A DNA stretch of 64,000 bases from the NCBI GenBank assembly GCA_043228905.1, contig JBHGNT010000011.1, positions 16,368,001 to 16,432,000 of the forward strand. The letters are read 5' to 3'. Below, piece after piece: positions 10,943 through 24,093 of this stretch. The number at the start of each line of letters is the position of its first letter. Within the stretch, counting starts at the first letter, position 1. Under the pieces are notes generated by a model. The model did not search any database. It worked only from the letters and a program-made list of their open reading frames with translations, and had not been told where the DNA came from. Source of the DNA: Azolla caroliniana. Its lineage: Eukaryota > Plantae > Polypodiophyta. Made by a program: the position numbers and the translations under genes.

Positions 10943-13632
10943 AAAACAAGAAGAGTAGGTATTAGCTTTAACAACACTTACATCCGAAGATTATTAATTA
11001 CAAAATGTTACACACAAACATGCATATGCCTTATGTGTCAAAATTTCAAATCTAAGATGCCTATCTCAGTGGTAGAACTATCGGTCCGAGTGCGGTAGGT
11101 CATCAGTTCAATCCTCCTTATGTCCTAAATCAAGAAGAGTATGAATTACCTCCAACAACACTTACAACCTGAGATTATTAATTTCAAATCTTTGCAAACG
11201 AACATGTGTATCCCTTATGTGTCAAATATAACACAAACATGCATATGTATTATGTTTCGAATGTTTCAAATCTAAGATGGGATGAATACTATTGGCAAGA
11301 TGTATTCTGGGATATTGGAATAAAATAAAGAACCAATCAGGGGTGCATAGCTTAATCGTGAAGCAATCGGTTGTAGTCGGATAGGTCATCAATTTAATCG
11401 TCATTGTGCCCTAAAGCAAGAAGAATATAGATTACCTCCAACAACACTCAGAACTTGAGCTCATTCATTTCAAATAATTGCATAGGAACATACGTATCCC
11501 TGATTTGTCAAATATGGCACTTAATTTCGGTGAATGGAGAGGGCGAACGCACGTTGCCTCACTCTATGTCTACTGAGGGTTTTCATTACTTTTGGCCCGA
11601 TTCAAATACATCAAGGGTGGACTGCAACAACACTCACAAATTAAGATTATTAATTTCAAGTCTTTGCACACGAACATGATACAAATACTATTGCCAAGAA
11701 TCTTGTTGGATATTAGAGTTAAACAAAACAATTCGTCCTGGGAGCATAGCTCAATGGTAGAGCAATCGGCTGCAGTCCGATAGGTCATTAGTTTAATCCT
11801 GGTTGCGCCCTAAAACAATAAGAGTAGGTATTATCTTTTACAACACTTACATCCTAAGAATATTAATTGTAAAATGGTAGACACAAACATGCATATGCCT
11901 TATGTGTCGAATGTTTCAAATCGAAGATGATTTGAATACTAGATGTAAGAAACATTCTAAGGTGATATGAATACTATTGATAGGACTTCTTTAATACAGG
12001 ATGTTGGAATAAACACAAGAACGAATAATAAGTGCATAGCTCGTTAGTAGAACAATTGGTCGTAGTGCGATAGGTGATCAGTTCAATCCTCCTTGTGCCG
12101 TAAATAAGGAAGAGTATAAATTACCTCCAACAACACTCACCAACCCCTGACATTATTAATTTCAAATCTTTGCAAACGAACATGCGTATCCCTTATGTGT
12201 GAAATATAACACAAACATGCATATGCATTATGTGTCGAATGTTTCAAATCGAAGATGATATGAATACTATCGGCAAGAAGTATTCTTGGATATTGGAATA
12301 AACAAAAGAACCAATCATGGGTGAATAGCTCAATGGTGCAGCAAACGGTTGCAGTCCGATAGGTCATCAATTTAATCCTTCTTGTGCCCTAAAGCAAGAA
12401 GAATATAGATTACCTCCAACAACACTCACAACTTTATGTTATTAATTTTAAATTATTGCGCAAGAACATGGGTATGCCTGATGTGTCAAATGTGGCACTT
12501 AATTTCGCCGAATGGACAGCGCGAACGCACGTAGCCTCACTCTATGTCTATTGAGAGTTTTGATTACTTTTGGCCTGATTCAAATCCATCAAGGGTGGAA
12601 TGTAACAACACTCACAAAGTAAGATTATTAATTTCAAATCTTTGCACACAAACATGATACAAATACTATTCGCAAGATTCTTGTTAGATATTGGAGTTAA
12701 ACAAAAGAATCAAGGGTGCATAGCTCAGTGGTAGAGGAATCGGGTGTAGTCCAATAGGTCATCAGTTCAATCTTGGTTGCGCCCTAAAACCAGAAGAGTA
12801 GGTATTACCTTCAACATCATTTACATCCTATGAATATTAATTTCAAATTGTTACACACAAACATGCATATGCCCTATGTGTCGAATGTTTCAAATCTAAG
12901 ATGATATGAATAGTAGATGTAAGAAACATTTTAAGATGATAGGAATTTTAATTTCAAATTGTTACACACAAACATGCATATGCCCTATGTGTCGAATGTT
13001 TCAAATCTAAGATGATATGAATAGTAGATGTAAGAAACATTTTAAGATGATAGGAATACTATTGATAAGACGTCCTACAGGATATTGGAATAAACACAAC
13101 AACGAATAATAGGTGCATAGGTTAGTGGTAGAAGAATCAGTCGCAGTGTAGTAGGTTATCTATTCAATCCTCCTTTTGCCCTAAATCGAGAAGAGTATAA
13201 ATTACCTCCAACAACATAAGGGATATTGGAGTTTGTAACTACAAGACTCGTGGAGCATGGGGAATGTGAAAGCTCATAAGTTATGTGTCATAGAATATGA
13301 TTCTATGACTCATACTAAATGCTAGAATACAAAGAGGTGACATAATGCTGACTTTTGGCTGTTGGAGTGTCTATTCACTCTCAAAGTGAGTTCACACACT
13401 AGAGCTAGTTGAGCTTGATTCTCAACACGCTCCCTGAAGCTCAAGTCGGGTCGATTTCAGACGGTATCCTAAATCCGCTTTGACTCGCATTCCAGAGTCC
13501 GCGTCGACTCGCATTTTTGCGGAGTTGCGGAATCCGTGCTCCAGCTTGCGTTGTGCGTAGTGGCGAAGTTTGTGCTTCGGCTTGCGTCTTTCTTCGCGGC
13601 TTTGTGCGGTAGATCGGCTCTTTGCGGATTTG

Positions 13633-14517
13633 TTACGTGGTTGCGTAATCCACACGTTCTTGGGTAGCGGGCGCGGCTAGCGGAATCCACGCGTTATTGC
13701 GCATGTCTTCAGTACTCCCCTCCATGCTTGGCAGGTCAGCGATCGTCAATCCGAGATCGGTCATGAATTGCCACATCTTGTTGGCTCCTAAGGCTTTAGT
13801 GAAGATGTCGGCCGTTTGAAGATTTGTGCTAATGTGTTGTAGGTCGACATCGCCAGCTAGAACGCGCTCTCGGATGAAGTGATAGTGCACTTCGATGTGC
13901 TTTGTCCGCGCGTTGAACATCGAGTTCCGAGCCAGATAGATACTGCTCATGTTGTCGCAGTAAAGGGAAGTCAGATCCTTGATGGGTACGCCCAGATCCT
14001 TCAAAACCCTCTTGAGCCATACGGCTTCACACACGGCCACTGATGCGCCCCTGTATTCTGCCTCTGTGCTCGAAAGAGCGACAATTGGTTGCTTTTTGTT
14101 GCTCCAGGATATTGCTCTGCTACCGAGGGAGAAAACAAATCTGGAGGTTGATCTTCTATCGGCTTTGTAGCCGGCCCAATCGGTGTCTGTGTACCCCTCG
14201 AGTCGTATTGGCATCGCGGTCTTGTAGAGGATGCCGCAATCCATTGTGCCACTCACGTATCGTAGAACTCGCTTAGCGCAATCCAAGTGAGTATCACGCG
14301 GTGTTTGCATGAATTGGCTAAGGAGACCGACCAGATAATTGAGATCGGGTCGTGTGATCGTGAGGTAGATGAGACTCTCGATGAGTTGCCGATACTGAGT
14401 CGGCTCACACGCTTTGGTGTCGTAGTTCGCATCTAGTTTGAGATTGCGATCGAGCGGGATTGCCGCGGATTTGCACTCAGCCATACCGAACTTGTGTAAC
14501 AAGTTGAGGATGTAGTG
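13633..14517 (-). pseudogene. Copia A RT C-terminus and RNase H (3' part)
   Basis: TRPD, LEGYTDTDWAG, LSSTEAEY, YCDN, RTKHIEVHYHFIRE and ADIFTK motifs; joins 24094 when the DNA transposon is removed (SQQH|YILN). Confidence 0.93.
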
Positions 14518-14879
14518 GGGTGAAAGCATGAGAGTGGAAACAATTAGCTATGTCCTTGACATAGCTAATTAGCTATGCAAAAAGCTACCATTGATAAATA
14601 GTCATTTTAGTAAAATGTCATCATTAATAAATTAACTATGCAAAAAACTACCATTGAAAATACTAGAGTGTTTTAATTACATATGTAAATGAGTGCCATA
14701 AATGTGCAACATAAACGTGCAACATAAATTGATATGCGCACCATAAATGTGTACCATAAATTATATATCGAATTCCTAGGTCCATTATGCATGATCCTTT
14801 GCCACATCACGTAGGCCATCTCTAGTTGAGTATTATGGGTTAGTTGCTACCAATGTTGCTAAACCCTATCGAGTCCACC

Positions 14880-15650
14880 TGCCGCCACTCTACACTCAGG
14901 GGCCGCCACTGTGCATTCCAAGCATCATCAAAGAGCTGTTCAATCTGACGGGGTTCTCTTCTCTGTGCCACTCTACACTCAGGGACCACTACTGTGTGTT
15001 CCAAGCATCATCAGTAACTGTTCAATCTGATAGGGTTCTCTTCTCTGTGCCACTCTACACTCAGGGGCTGCTACTGTGCGTTCCAAGAATCATCCGTAAC
15101 TATTCAATCTGACGGGGTTCTCTTCTCTGTGCCACTCTACACTCAGGGGCCGCTACTGTGTCTTCCAAGCATCATCGGTAACTGTTCAATCTGACGGGGT
15201 TCTCTTCTCTGTGCTACTCTACACTCAGGGGCCGCTACTGTGCGTTCCAAGCATCATCGGTAACTGTTCAATCTAACGGGGTTCTCTTCTCTGTGCCACT
15301 CTACACTCAAGGGCCGCTACTGTGAAGGTCGTGTATTGCTGGCACTTTTCGACCCGACAGTGTTAACAACTCCACTGCCGCCATTATACTCTCAGGTGCC
15401 TTCTCTGTGCGTTCCAAGCATCATCGGTAACTGTTCAATCTGACGGGGTTCTCTCCTCCATTGCCATCATTCTACACTCTGTTGCCGCTACTGTCCAGTC
15501 CTGGATTGCTTCCACATTTTGATTTGACGGAGTTCACTCATCCAACGGCAACATTCTACACTCAGTTGTCGCCATTGGTCGGTCCTGGATCACCTCCTCA
15601 ACTGTTCGATCCAACGGAGTGAACTCCTCTATTGTTCGGTCTTGGATTGC
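14880..15650 (+). repeat. 82-bp tandem repeat upstream of the transposase
   Basis: CTCTACACTCAGGGG recurs at 14888, 14971, 15053, 15135, 15217 and 15299, then degenerates. Confidence 0.9.
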
Positions 15651-15787
15651 AATAACTTTTCTGTCTATTGATTATCTTGTGTATTGTTGTGTCTAATCTT
15701 GTGTATTGTGGAATATTTTTGTGTATTGTTGTTGCCCATAGCCATCTTAAATACTTGTTTTTTTTCCTGGAAATTTAGGGTTTTAAT

Positions 15788-18700
15788 ATGTCCAGCCAAA
15801 TGGAAGGGGAAGAAGGGTGTTTAGAATTACCCGGCAATGATCATAAGGATAGGGATGATGCTATCAAGACACAACAAGCCATACGAAACTATTGGGCAGA
15901 AAAAAAAAGGAAACATCGTCAATTGTTGAAGGATACGAAAGCCACACTCAGTAAAGGTAAGGATAGTTTAGCTGAGAATGTAAGTAATGCGACTACCATC
16001 ATAGAGAGAAAGGTTGTAGACTATTTCAATGTTCAAACCAAGCACATCAGCAATGAAGAAAAGAAGGTAGTACTTTATGGAATATGTAATGATCCATCGA
16101 TAAAGGACTTAGTTGATTGTGATGGTCTTAATGCAAACATATCATCTATTTTAGTAAATAATCTTCGTAATAGTTTAGTATCCATGAGCAGGTCAGAAGA
16201 TGATCTTGTCTTAAAAAGGTCTAGTCTAATGATGTTACTTAATAGTGATGTTGACGATATAAACATCAGTGAGCTATCTAAGGTAATTGGTGTTAGTAGA
16301 AAAACAGTGTACAATACAATGAACCGTATAATTTCCTCGGGTGAAGGAACTAGTCTACTAAAGCTAACTACAAGATGTAAGCCAATGACACCCATAACAT
16401 TTGAAATCAAGGATGTAATCACAATGTTTTGGACTAATGAGAGTAGGGTTTCACCCAATAAAAAGGATTTATGCAGGAAACGTGTTGGAAGAAATCAATA
16501 CGAGGAGCATCCCATTCATCTTCTTGATGTACCTTAGGTATTTACATTTATCTCAACATTTGTTTTGACTCTACATGGAAAGTTAATTAGCTCAGTTAGC
16601 AGAAAAGCTAATTAGCTTATCAGTTACATTTACCTCAGTTAGTTACTAGGATAGCTAATACATAGGTAACTGGCTACTCTCAATAGCTACTACCATGATA
16701 GCTAATTAGCTATTCTCAATAGCTAATCTAGTTATTACCAAATAATTAGCTACCAGAATAGCTAATTAGCTTTTAGGATAGCTAATTAGCTATTAGAATA
16801 GGGTTTTAGCTACCATGATAGCTAAATAGCTACTAGAATAGGTAATTAGCTACCATGATAGCTAATTAGCTACTATGATAGTTAGCTACTCTAGTTATTA
16901 CCAGCTAATTAGCTACTAGGAAAGCTAATTAGCTACCATGATAGCTAATTAGATACTACGACAACTACTATGATACCATGATAGGTAATTAGCTACTAGA
17001 ATAGCTAATTAGCTACTAGGAAAGCTAATTAGCTACCATGATAGCTAATTAGCTACTAGACCAACTAATTAGCTACCATGATAGCTAATTAGCTACTAGG
17101 ATAGCTAATTAGCCACCATGATAGCTAATTAGCTACTAGACCAACTAATTAGCTACCATGATAGCTAATTAGCTACTAGGAAAGCTAACTAGCTACCATG
17201 ATAGCTAATTAGCTACTAGGAAAGCTAATTAGCTACCATTATAGCTAATTAGCTACAAGGAAAACTAATTAGCTACCATGATAGCTAATTAGCTACTAGA
17301 CCAACTAATTAGCTACTAGGATAGCTAATTAGCTACCATGATAGCTAATTAGCTACCATGATAGCTAATTAGCTACTAGGACAGCTAATTAGCTACCATG
17401 ATAGCTAATTAGCTACTAGACCAGATAATAAGCTACTAGAACAACTAATTAGCTATTAGAATAACTAATTAGCTACTAGGATAGTTAGCTAGTTACGAGA
17501 ATAACTAATTCCCCTTTATTACGTAGGTCGATTTATTTATTAGGTTCAAACGAATGCATCCAAATATCAAAGTTCAACTACGAACATTCGAGTTTCTTAA
17601 GCTACACTTTGTGAGATGCTTAAAGGATCGATACACATGTTGTTGCATTTACCATGTACATATGGGTTTTCTGAAGGACTCTGTTAATCTACTACGTCAC
17701 CATAGCGCATCCCTAACTAATACAGTTTGCACATGTGGGTGCCCAATCTGTCGATCAAGCCCGCAAGAGGAGTGTAAATGATCTAAGCACGTTATCTCTT
17801 CCATGAGTTATTTATTAGATTCAATATTGTGTCCGAGAGAAACTGACGCTATCTTCCATAGTCATAAATGTGTCATGGGTTTATGTCAAGATTGTGGCCC
17901 TACTAGATTTAGGTGGTGTCCAAATGAATTGAGTAGTGAAATATTGATCTCTGTGAAGTTATTTGAGTCAGTGAACACCAATTTCGAAGGAAAGGTGTGT
18001 AAAAGAAAGGATCTAGTTCGGAAGATGCTTAAACCAAGGGATTTGGTGTCTCTGTTTGTAGTATCTCTAAGAAAGTTCATTAAACACAACTTCATTTATT
18101 CATGGCAGGCCCATCAATTTAAGACTTGCATATCTGATTTCCCAAATGATGTAGTAGTCTCAGTAGTAGATTTCGCAGAGAATTATACTTTCAAGTAGCA
18201 GAATGAAATTCAATCTATGCATTGGTGTTCAGTTCAGGTAACCATTTTTGTGCACATAACATATTTTCGAGTTTCAGGTGATGTTAAAAAAGTAATTCAT
18301 TTCTTTATTTATGATGATAAGAAGCATGATACCTTGTTCGTCCAACACTGTTTTAAGTTACATTGGTAGTGGTTATTAGCTTAACGTTTGGAGCTTACTC
18401 AACATTGGGTCTGCGTCGCAATTCAAGGCTCGACGTCCATTTTATTTTGTGGGGAGGTATCCTGCTATAACAGGTTTGGAGATGAGCTGGACTTTTTTTT
18501 GATCTGGCCATGGTAAAGGTGAACATGATGGTCCAGGAGTTGTTATAAAGCGGGCACTTACCCATGAACAACTAAAGACAGATGGTGTGCACATGAATTG
18601 TGCATCACATGTAGTTGAATTTTTAAGAACAAATATGTCAACGAGTGCAACAGGTGTTTATTCCTTGCAAGTCCGAGATATCAAATGTGAATTTTATGAA

Positions 18701-19339
18701 GTAAATAGGGAGAAGACCTGGGAGTGCCAAGGAATTCCTGAATTGCGATCTCTGCATGCTGTTTGCGGTTATTCCAAGTTGGATGGTCATTGTATTGCGG
18801 TTAGAGAATTGACTTGTTTTTGCTTCCATTGTGTGCAGGGAAATTGGAGATATTGTCTAAACAAAGCATACATTCAGAATTGGGAGTATCACACTCTGAA
18901 TGATAAGGAAGCAGTTGATGGAGAAACAGGGCAGAATGCTGACTTCACATATGAGGGACTTGGAGATACTTTGACTGATGTCCTGAACGTTCGGGATAAC
19001 TTCGCTGTAAATGCTGAAGAAGGCAATTCAGAGGGTGCTGATTTCTATATATTGAAGTGCACGGTTAGTAAACAGTGTGCAAGGCAAAATATTGTAGATG
19101 CATGGGGAAATTTTGTATCTACTGGGACATTCTACATCGAAGGCATTTTTTATGCAAAACTAGATGACTACGAATATGTGTATAGGCTGTTAGAAGACAA
19201 ACCAGCGGCGTACATGTACTCTCATTTGGTCAGGTGCATCAACGTCCCAATGTCAGAATACAATAGTTGCTCATGTTTATACATTGTTGGTGCTAATGTG
19301 TATGAATGTATTTACAATAGTATGCCATGGAATTTGTAG
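15788..19339 (+). pseudogene. Sola2-like transposase, 2 exons (15788-16537, 17527-19339), inactivated
   Basis: Phase-0 GT-AG intron 16538-17526 restores the frame (VDLFIRFKRMHP). Cys-rich region, VVDFAENY...QSMHW..QVTI, KKHD, SGHGKGEHDG motifs; several stops and a deletion at the second catalytic-Asp motif. Confidence 0.8.
16580..17512. repeat. Array of the palindrome TAGCTAATTAGCTA (about 20-bp period) filling the transposase intron
   Basis: Dozens of copies of ATAGCTAATTAGCTAC(CATG/TAGG). Confidence 0.95.
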
Positions 19340-19699
19340 CTACAAGTAGCAATTACCATGTTCTCTTGTAAAATAAACATGTATTTCGCGAAAACAAGTA
19401 AATAAATTCGTTTGAGAATCAATTTCTTGTATACAGTCTGCTTTCTGTGCTTCTTTCTCAATAAAATCATGTCTTTTTTGTTAAGTTTTAGGTTATAAGT
19501 TATAGCGAAATAGTCATCAGTAGCTAATTAGCTGTATAAATGCAGCTAATTAGTTGTCAATAGCTAAATAGTCATCAATAGCATGAAATCAACAATCTGC
19601 AACATATCCCTCAAATTACACAGTAGATAAGTATAGTGGGAACAAGTAATTAAATTCTTCATTGAATAATGTCATCTCTTTACATATTTATAAATTACC

Positions 19700-22600
19700 A
19701 TTGGAAATGTTTATAAATCTCCTATAAACAGCTAAGCTCTTGCTAGTTAGTGGAACGAGTCTACATATATTATCCGCATATCGAGCTCAGTATGGAGTCC
19801 ACAACCATGCACCTAGTTGGCCGCTCACTGTTTGCACCTAGTACTGTTCAGGCATTTCCTCGGGTAGAATGAGACAGCATCTCCGAATATTGAAGTAGTG
19901 CCGGAAATGTTCTGTATCCAAAATCAATGTGTTGTCGGCATTATATTCAGGCTAAGTAGCCCAAAAATCAGAAAGTCTCTTGAATCTTGCAGCTTCCATT
20001 TGCTCACAATTTTCTCGTGCCCATTGACCTTTAAAATGACTTCGCCATTTTGGGAAGAATCTTGCTAAACACTTCCACACATCTGATTTTGGTTTTTCAC
20101 TCCAAATAAACAAATCAAAGTATTGCACAACCCATTCTAGAAACTGATTCACGTCCCTCCTTGGCTGCATATCTCTCACACTCATCAAGACTTTATCAAG
20201 CTCCAAGATCAAGGCTCTTCTTTCGACTTCTAGTGGTTTAGGTTTCCATTCTTGAAACTGAGCCACTGTTACACCATTTTCTGGTAGGACACGATCAATC
20301 TCAATCAGCTCAGGTTCGACCGACACAATTGGCGTCCTTTTCCTCTTCAAACCCCTAGTCGACTACGTTGGGATTGGCTTCACATTCTGGTGCTCTTGTT
20401 TTGTCGACTTAGTTATCAATCCTTGGATTACCTCGGTGCATGTAGCTACTGATCTGCTCGATATCAGTCCATTGGTATCACATGCTGCATCTACCTGCAA
20501 CATCAAGTCATCCGTGCAACATGCTTGATCAACATGTGTGACCAGATCACTTGTGTCAGTTGCTACATCTACTTTCAAGATGGGGCCCTTTAAACACGCC
20601 GCAACATCAACGGTATCCACACTGCCATTGGCCTTACGAGCAGTAGAATCAAACCCTTTAGACTCTGCAACATCAGAAAACACCAACATATTCACACTCA
20701 CAAAGTAACTAACAGTCTCACAAAACAACATCCTGAACATCAAAGAGTTTCAGTCATAGAACAACACTCTTCAAATTATCTTGGAAAAACATCATAGAGT
20801 TCCATTACATAATGTGGATCAAGCAACAACCAATCTGAGGTTTTACTTGTCCAACAGGATAGTAAAACTTCCTAAAACCCTAGCAAAATCCCTAAGCTAA
20901 GAATCATATCCAACTAATGGTATTTCGCTCCACTACGTCTGGGCCCCTTGACCGAGTAACTGGTCTTGTTCCCGATCGTGCCCCCTTCTTCAGCCTTTTT
21001 CTGGTCGGTTGCCCATTTAGCCTTGCTTCTTTCACCCAATGTGCAAGTGTGTCCTCCTTCGACAACCTTCCCATCACCTCAGCAGCTAATTGCACATGAG
21101 CCGTTTCTTGCGCTAGCTTTTCAAGTACAAAGGGATCTGTTTGGACATTTTCAGTAGTTGGGCTCGGTTTAGTGGAATCAAGGTCTTGAGATTCTAAGAA
21201 ATGTTGCATCAAGTGTTCATAAACACTGTTGTTGTGAACCTCAGTTTTACATGTTGTTTCCACTATTTCATGGCATTTTACTAACCTATGGTAGTAGCTA
21301 GGATAGCTAATTAGCTACTTTACTCAACTATGGTAGTAGCTAGGATAGCTAATTAGCTACTTTACTCAGCTATGGTAGTAGCTAGGATAGCTAATTAGCT
21401 ACTTTTCTCAACTATGGTAATAGCTAGGATAGCTAATTAGCTACTTTACACAACTATGGCAGTAGCTAATTAACTAGTAGGATAGCTAATTAGCTTGTAG
21501 GATAGTTAATTAGCTACAATGATAGCTAATTAGCTACTTTCTCAACTATGTAGTAGCTAGGATAGCTTATTAGCTACTAGGATAGCTAATTAGCTGCCAG
21601 TAGCTAATTAGCTACTAGGATAGCTAATTAGCTATCCTAGTGCTAATTAGTTGCCAGTAGCTAATTAGCTAGTAGAATAGCTAATTAGCTACTTTACACA
21701 ACTATGGTACTAGCTAATTAGCTATGAGTAGCTAATTAGCTAGTAGCTAACTAGCTGTCAGTAGCTAATTAGCTGCCAGTAGGATAGCTAATTAGCTAGT
21801 AGCTAACTAGCTGCCACTTAGCTAATTAACTATTGTAGTAAACTATGGCAGTAGCTAATTAGCTAATAGGATAGCTATTAGCTGCTTTAATCAACTATGG
21901 TAGTAGCTAATTAGCTACAACGATAGCAGCAAAATAGTTTCCATACTTTTTCCGGCTTAGCTAATTAGAAAAGACTAAGCTTATTAGCTACAGTATGGTA
22001 TACCTGTTAGTTTTCTCCACTCATTTGGTAGAGCTGTACTGCAATCTCCCAAACAGAATGCAGCAATTCGACAGGCATGTTGAAAACAAAGCAGATGGTA
22101 TGTGTGGTTGCATGGTTGTAGGTGAACCAACAAAGACGCAGTTTTGTCCTCCACACCTAACCCGCAAGCGATGCAACGTGCTTGAACTGTCAATAAATCA
22201 TTTTCTGGTTCTCCTTCATTTGGTAAGGGCGCAAAAATGTTCAGGTCCAAATCCTGTCTGGTCCTTACCATTCCCTCCACAAAATGTAGCTGCTTCTTAA
22301 GGCAACTAACTACCTGTTCTTGATGAATGTATTGTTCCTTCAACGCAACAGAGAAATTTACCGATTAATTATTCCTGTCTGAGAAAGATACACCAACTTT
22401 GCTCAGGAATCGTTAACTTACTTGAAGCTTTTCCAAATTGTAATCTGCAACAGTATTTACACCTAGAAGGTTCAGGTTCATTGAAAAAACCTGGATCTCT
22501 TTTGCAGTTGTATTTTACGTTGGGGATCCAGTGGCCCCTCTAATTCAAGCTCCTGTTGCGCAACCTATTCCAGATAATGCTTGATTAGCACATTTTACCC

Positions 22601-23304
22601 TTAAAGTTATTTATAACACAATCACATACCAGCAAAACAATAGTTACCTGAATCTTATTTCTAATCGTTGTAATAGCGGAAGTAACTTTGCTCTCCATTG
22701 CAGAAGCCATTGTGGCTTTCTCTAAATTAGTCTTAAAAAATGCCAATGTCTCACAGGCTTCATGGACATTTTTTAGCATATAGCTAACCAATGTCTCACA
22801 TGTATCATCGACATTGGCTTTCCTTGGGTGTCGGTGTGGTGTATGCCCCCGGTTTTGCTGGGAGTCGGCAGTTGCATCAATAGCTGCCATGCTCCAAAAT
22901 CTGTCTATTTTTTGTGCCAAGGTCCCCATCTTTCGGCATCTTTTTACCGATGCCTCACCATAGACTGCCCAAGCTACCCTATACATTTCAGGGTCTTTGG
23001 ATTCCTTCGTTGTTTTGCAGTACTCATATGCAAATGCTCTATCAAATGAAACTGACAACTCATTGTTGACTGGGATCTCTTCATGAACTTTCTGGTTCAG
23101 CCTCATGCAGTCATCGTACAAGTCGGCTCGTACATGCTTCAGCTTGACCTTGCCTTTGACTCTAGGCACTGTATATACTGTCATCCAGTCTATATCACTG
23201 ATCCATTTATCACTTAGGACAGTAGGGTCAACACCCTCGAGTGACAGACCATAGGTGTTGTGGAAGTCCTCCTTTGTCTCGCAAAATTTTGCGAAGTTTA
23301 GCAC
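19700..23304 (-). pseudogene. Spliced accessory gene of the Sola2-like element: unknown N-terminal domain, RING-H2-like finger, C-terminal FCP1/NIF (HAD)-like domain
   Basis: ORF 21984-22343 has CxxC...CxHxxHxxC...CxxxC. ORF 19952-20350 and its read-through give ALILELDKVL...FLEWVVQYFDLFIWS...FKRLSDFW...NTLILD. Exon limits are approximate. Confidence 0.65.
21285..21970. repeat. Second TAGCTAATTAGCTA array, in an intron of the accessory gene
   Basis: Same palindrome in units such as CTATGGTAGTAGCTAGGATAGCTAATTAGCTACTTT. Confidence 0.93.
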
Positions 23305-23329
23305 AATTTTGCATTATTTCTGATTTCTG

Positions 23330-23740
23330 AAATATCATTTCAGAAATCAGAAATAATGCAAAATCAGAATATGTCAGAATCAGAAACCCCAATCAACAAC
23401 AACAGAAATAGTGCAAAATCTTTAACTTAGCAAATCAGAAACCCTAATTATAATTTGTATTCAGAAATTTGAAATCAGAAACCCTAATCAAAATCTGTAA
23501 TCAGAAGTTTGTAACCAGAAACCCTATTCAGAAATTCTAATAAGAAATTTATAATCAAAAACCCTAATCAGAAATTTCAATCACAAACCCTAATCAGAAA
23601 TTTCAATCACAAACCCTAATAAAAAATTTCAACCACAAACCCTAATCAGAAATTCTAAAAAGAAATTTATAAACAAAAACCCTATTCAGAAATTCCAATC
23701 TGTAATCAAAATTTGTAACCAGAAAAAATAAATGTTTGGG
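23330..23740. repeat. Degenerate CAGAAA/AAACCCTAATCAGAAATT (telo-box-like) tandem repeat
   Basis: AAACCCTAA(T) recurs about every 26-40 bp, just upstream of the accessory gene coding region, probably in a 5' intron. Confidence 0.8.
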
Positions 23741-24093
23741 GTTTCTGTAATTAAAACATACCTTGACGATGATCGAGCGGGTTCTGTGTTGTAGCTCTCA
23801 ATCTGCAATGTCGATTTTCTGCTGTTGCGGGAGCTACCTTTGCGTTCGTGTTCTGAGTACTCCATATGCGTTCAAAATCAAACTTAGGCTAAACTGGAAA
23901 TTGATGACATTGAAGTCGACCTTAGATGATGGTGCTATTCCCCAAGTTCCACTACGTGAGTTTTTTCATAAATTAGTTTTTCAAATATTTGATTTTCCCT
24001 CAAAAAAGACTACCTAAACAAATAGCTAATTAGTTATGGCCATTTTAGTAGTTAATTAGCTATAATAGTGTTTCCACTCACATGCTTTTACCC

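Larger units (their letters stand above)
1..13233 (+). repeat. Tandem array of tRNA-Cys-derived monomers (about 40 in this block) in higher-order trimers; begins upstream of the window
   Basis: About 72-nt tRNA-like cores recur every 180-400 bp. Near-canonical cores start at about 833, 1701, 2100, 2777, 3744, 5074, 6381, 7399, 8292, 9049, 9904, 10871, 11740 and 12714, separated by degenerate variant cores and conserved spacer sub-repeats (ATTATTAATTTCAAATCTTTGCA, TGTGTCAAATAT, TCTAAGATGATATGAATACTA). Confidence 0.95.
14518..24093 (+). mobile_element. Sola2-like DNA transposon (9.6 kb, two genes)
   Basis: About 25-bp TIRs GGGT(G/A)AAAGCATG(A/T)GAGTGGAAACA at both ends; 4-bp TSD AGTG (14514-14517 / 24094-24097). 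5'-GRG terminus with a 4-bp TSD fits Sola2. Boundaries are certain; the family name is inferred. Confidence 0.85.

Noticed and set aside
663-12370. Many similar 60-120-aa minus-strand ORFs (MTYRTAADCSTTELCTLHG...) resembling a Cys-rich peptide family
   Set aside because: They are antisense translations of the tRNA core and spacer; starts and stops vary and there is no signal peptide or sign of codon-level conservation.
149-13182. Class B and E monomers with GTA as tRNA-Tyr genes
   Set aside because: A single C-to-T change from GCA in a Cys body, with broken acceptor or T stems and no plant Tyr intron.
1-13233. CRISPR-like repeat-spacer array
   Set aside because: Spacers are themselves repeated, only two unique inserts occur, the context is eukaryotic and there are no cas genes.
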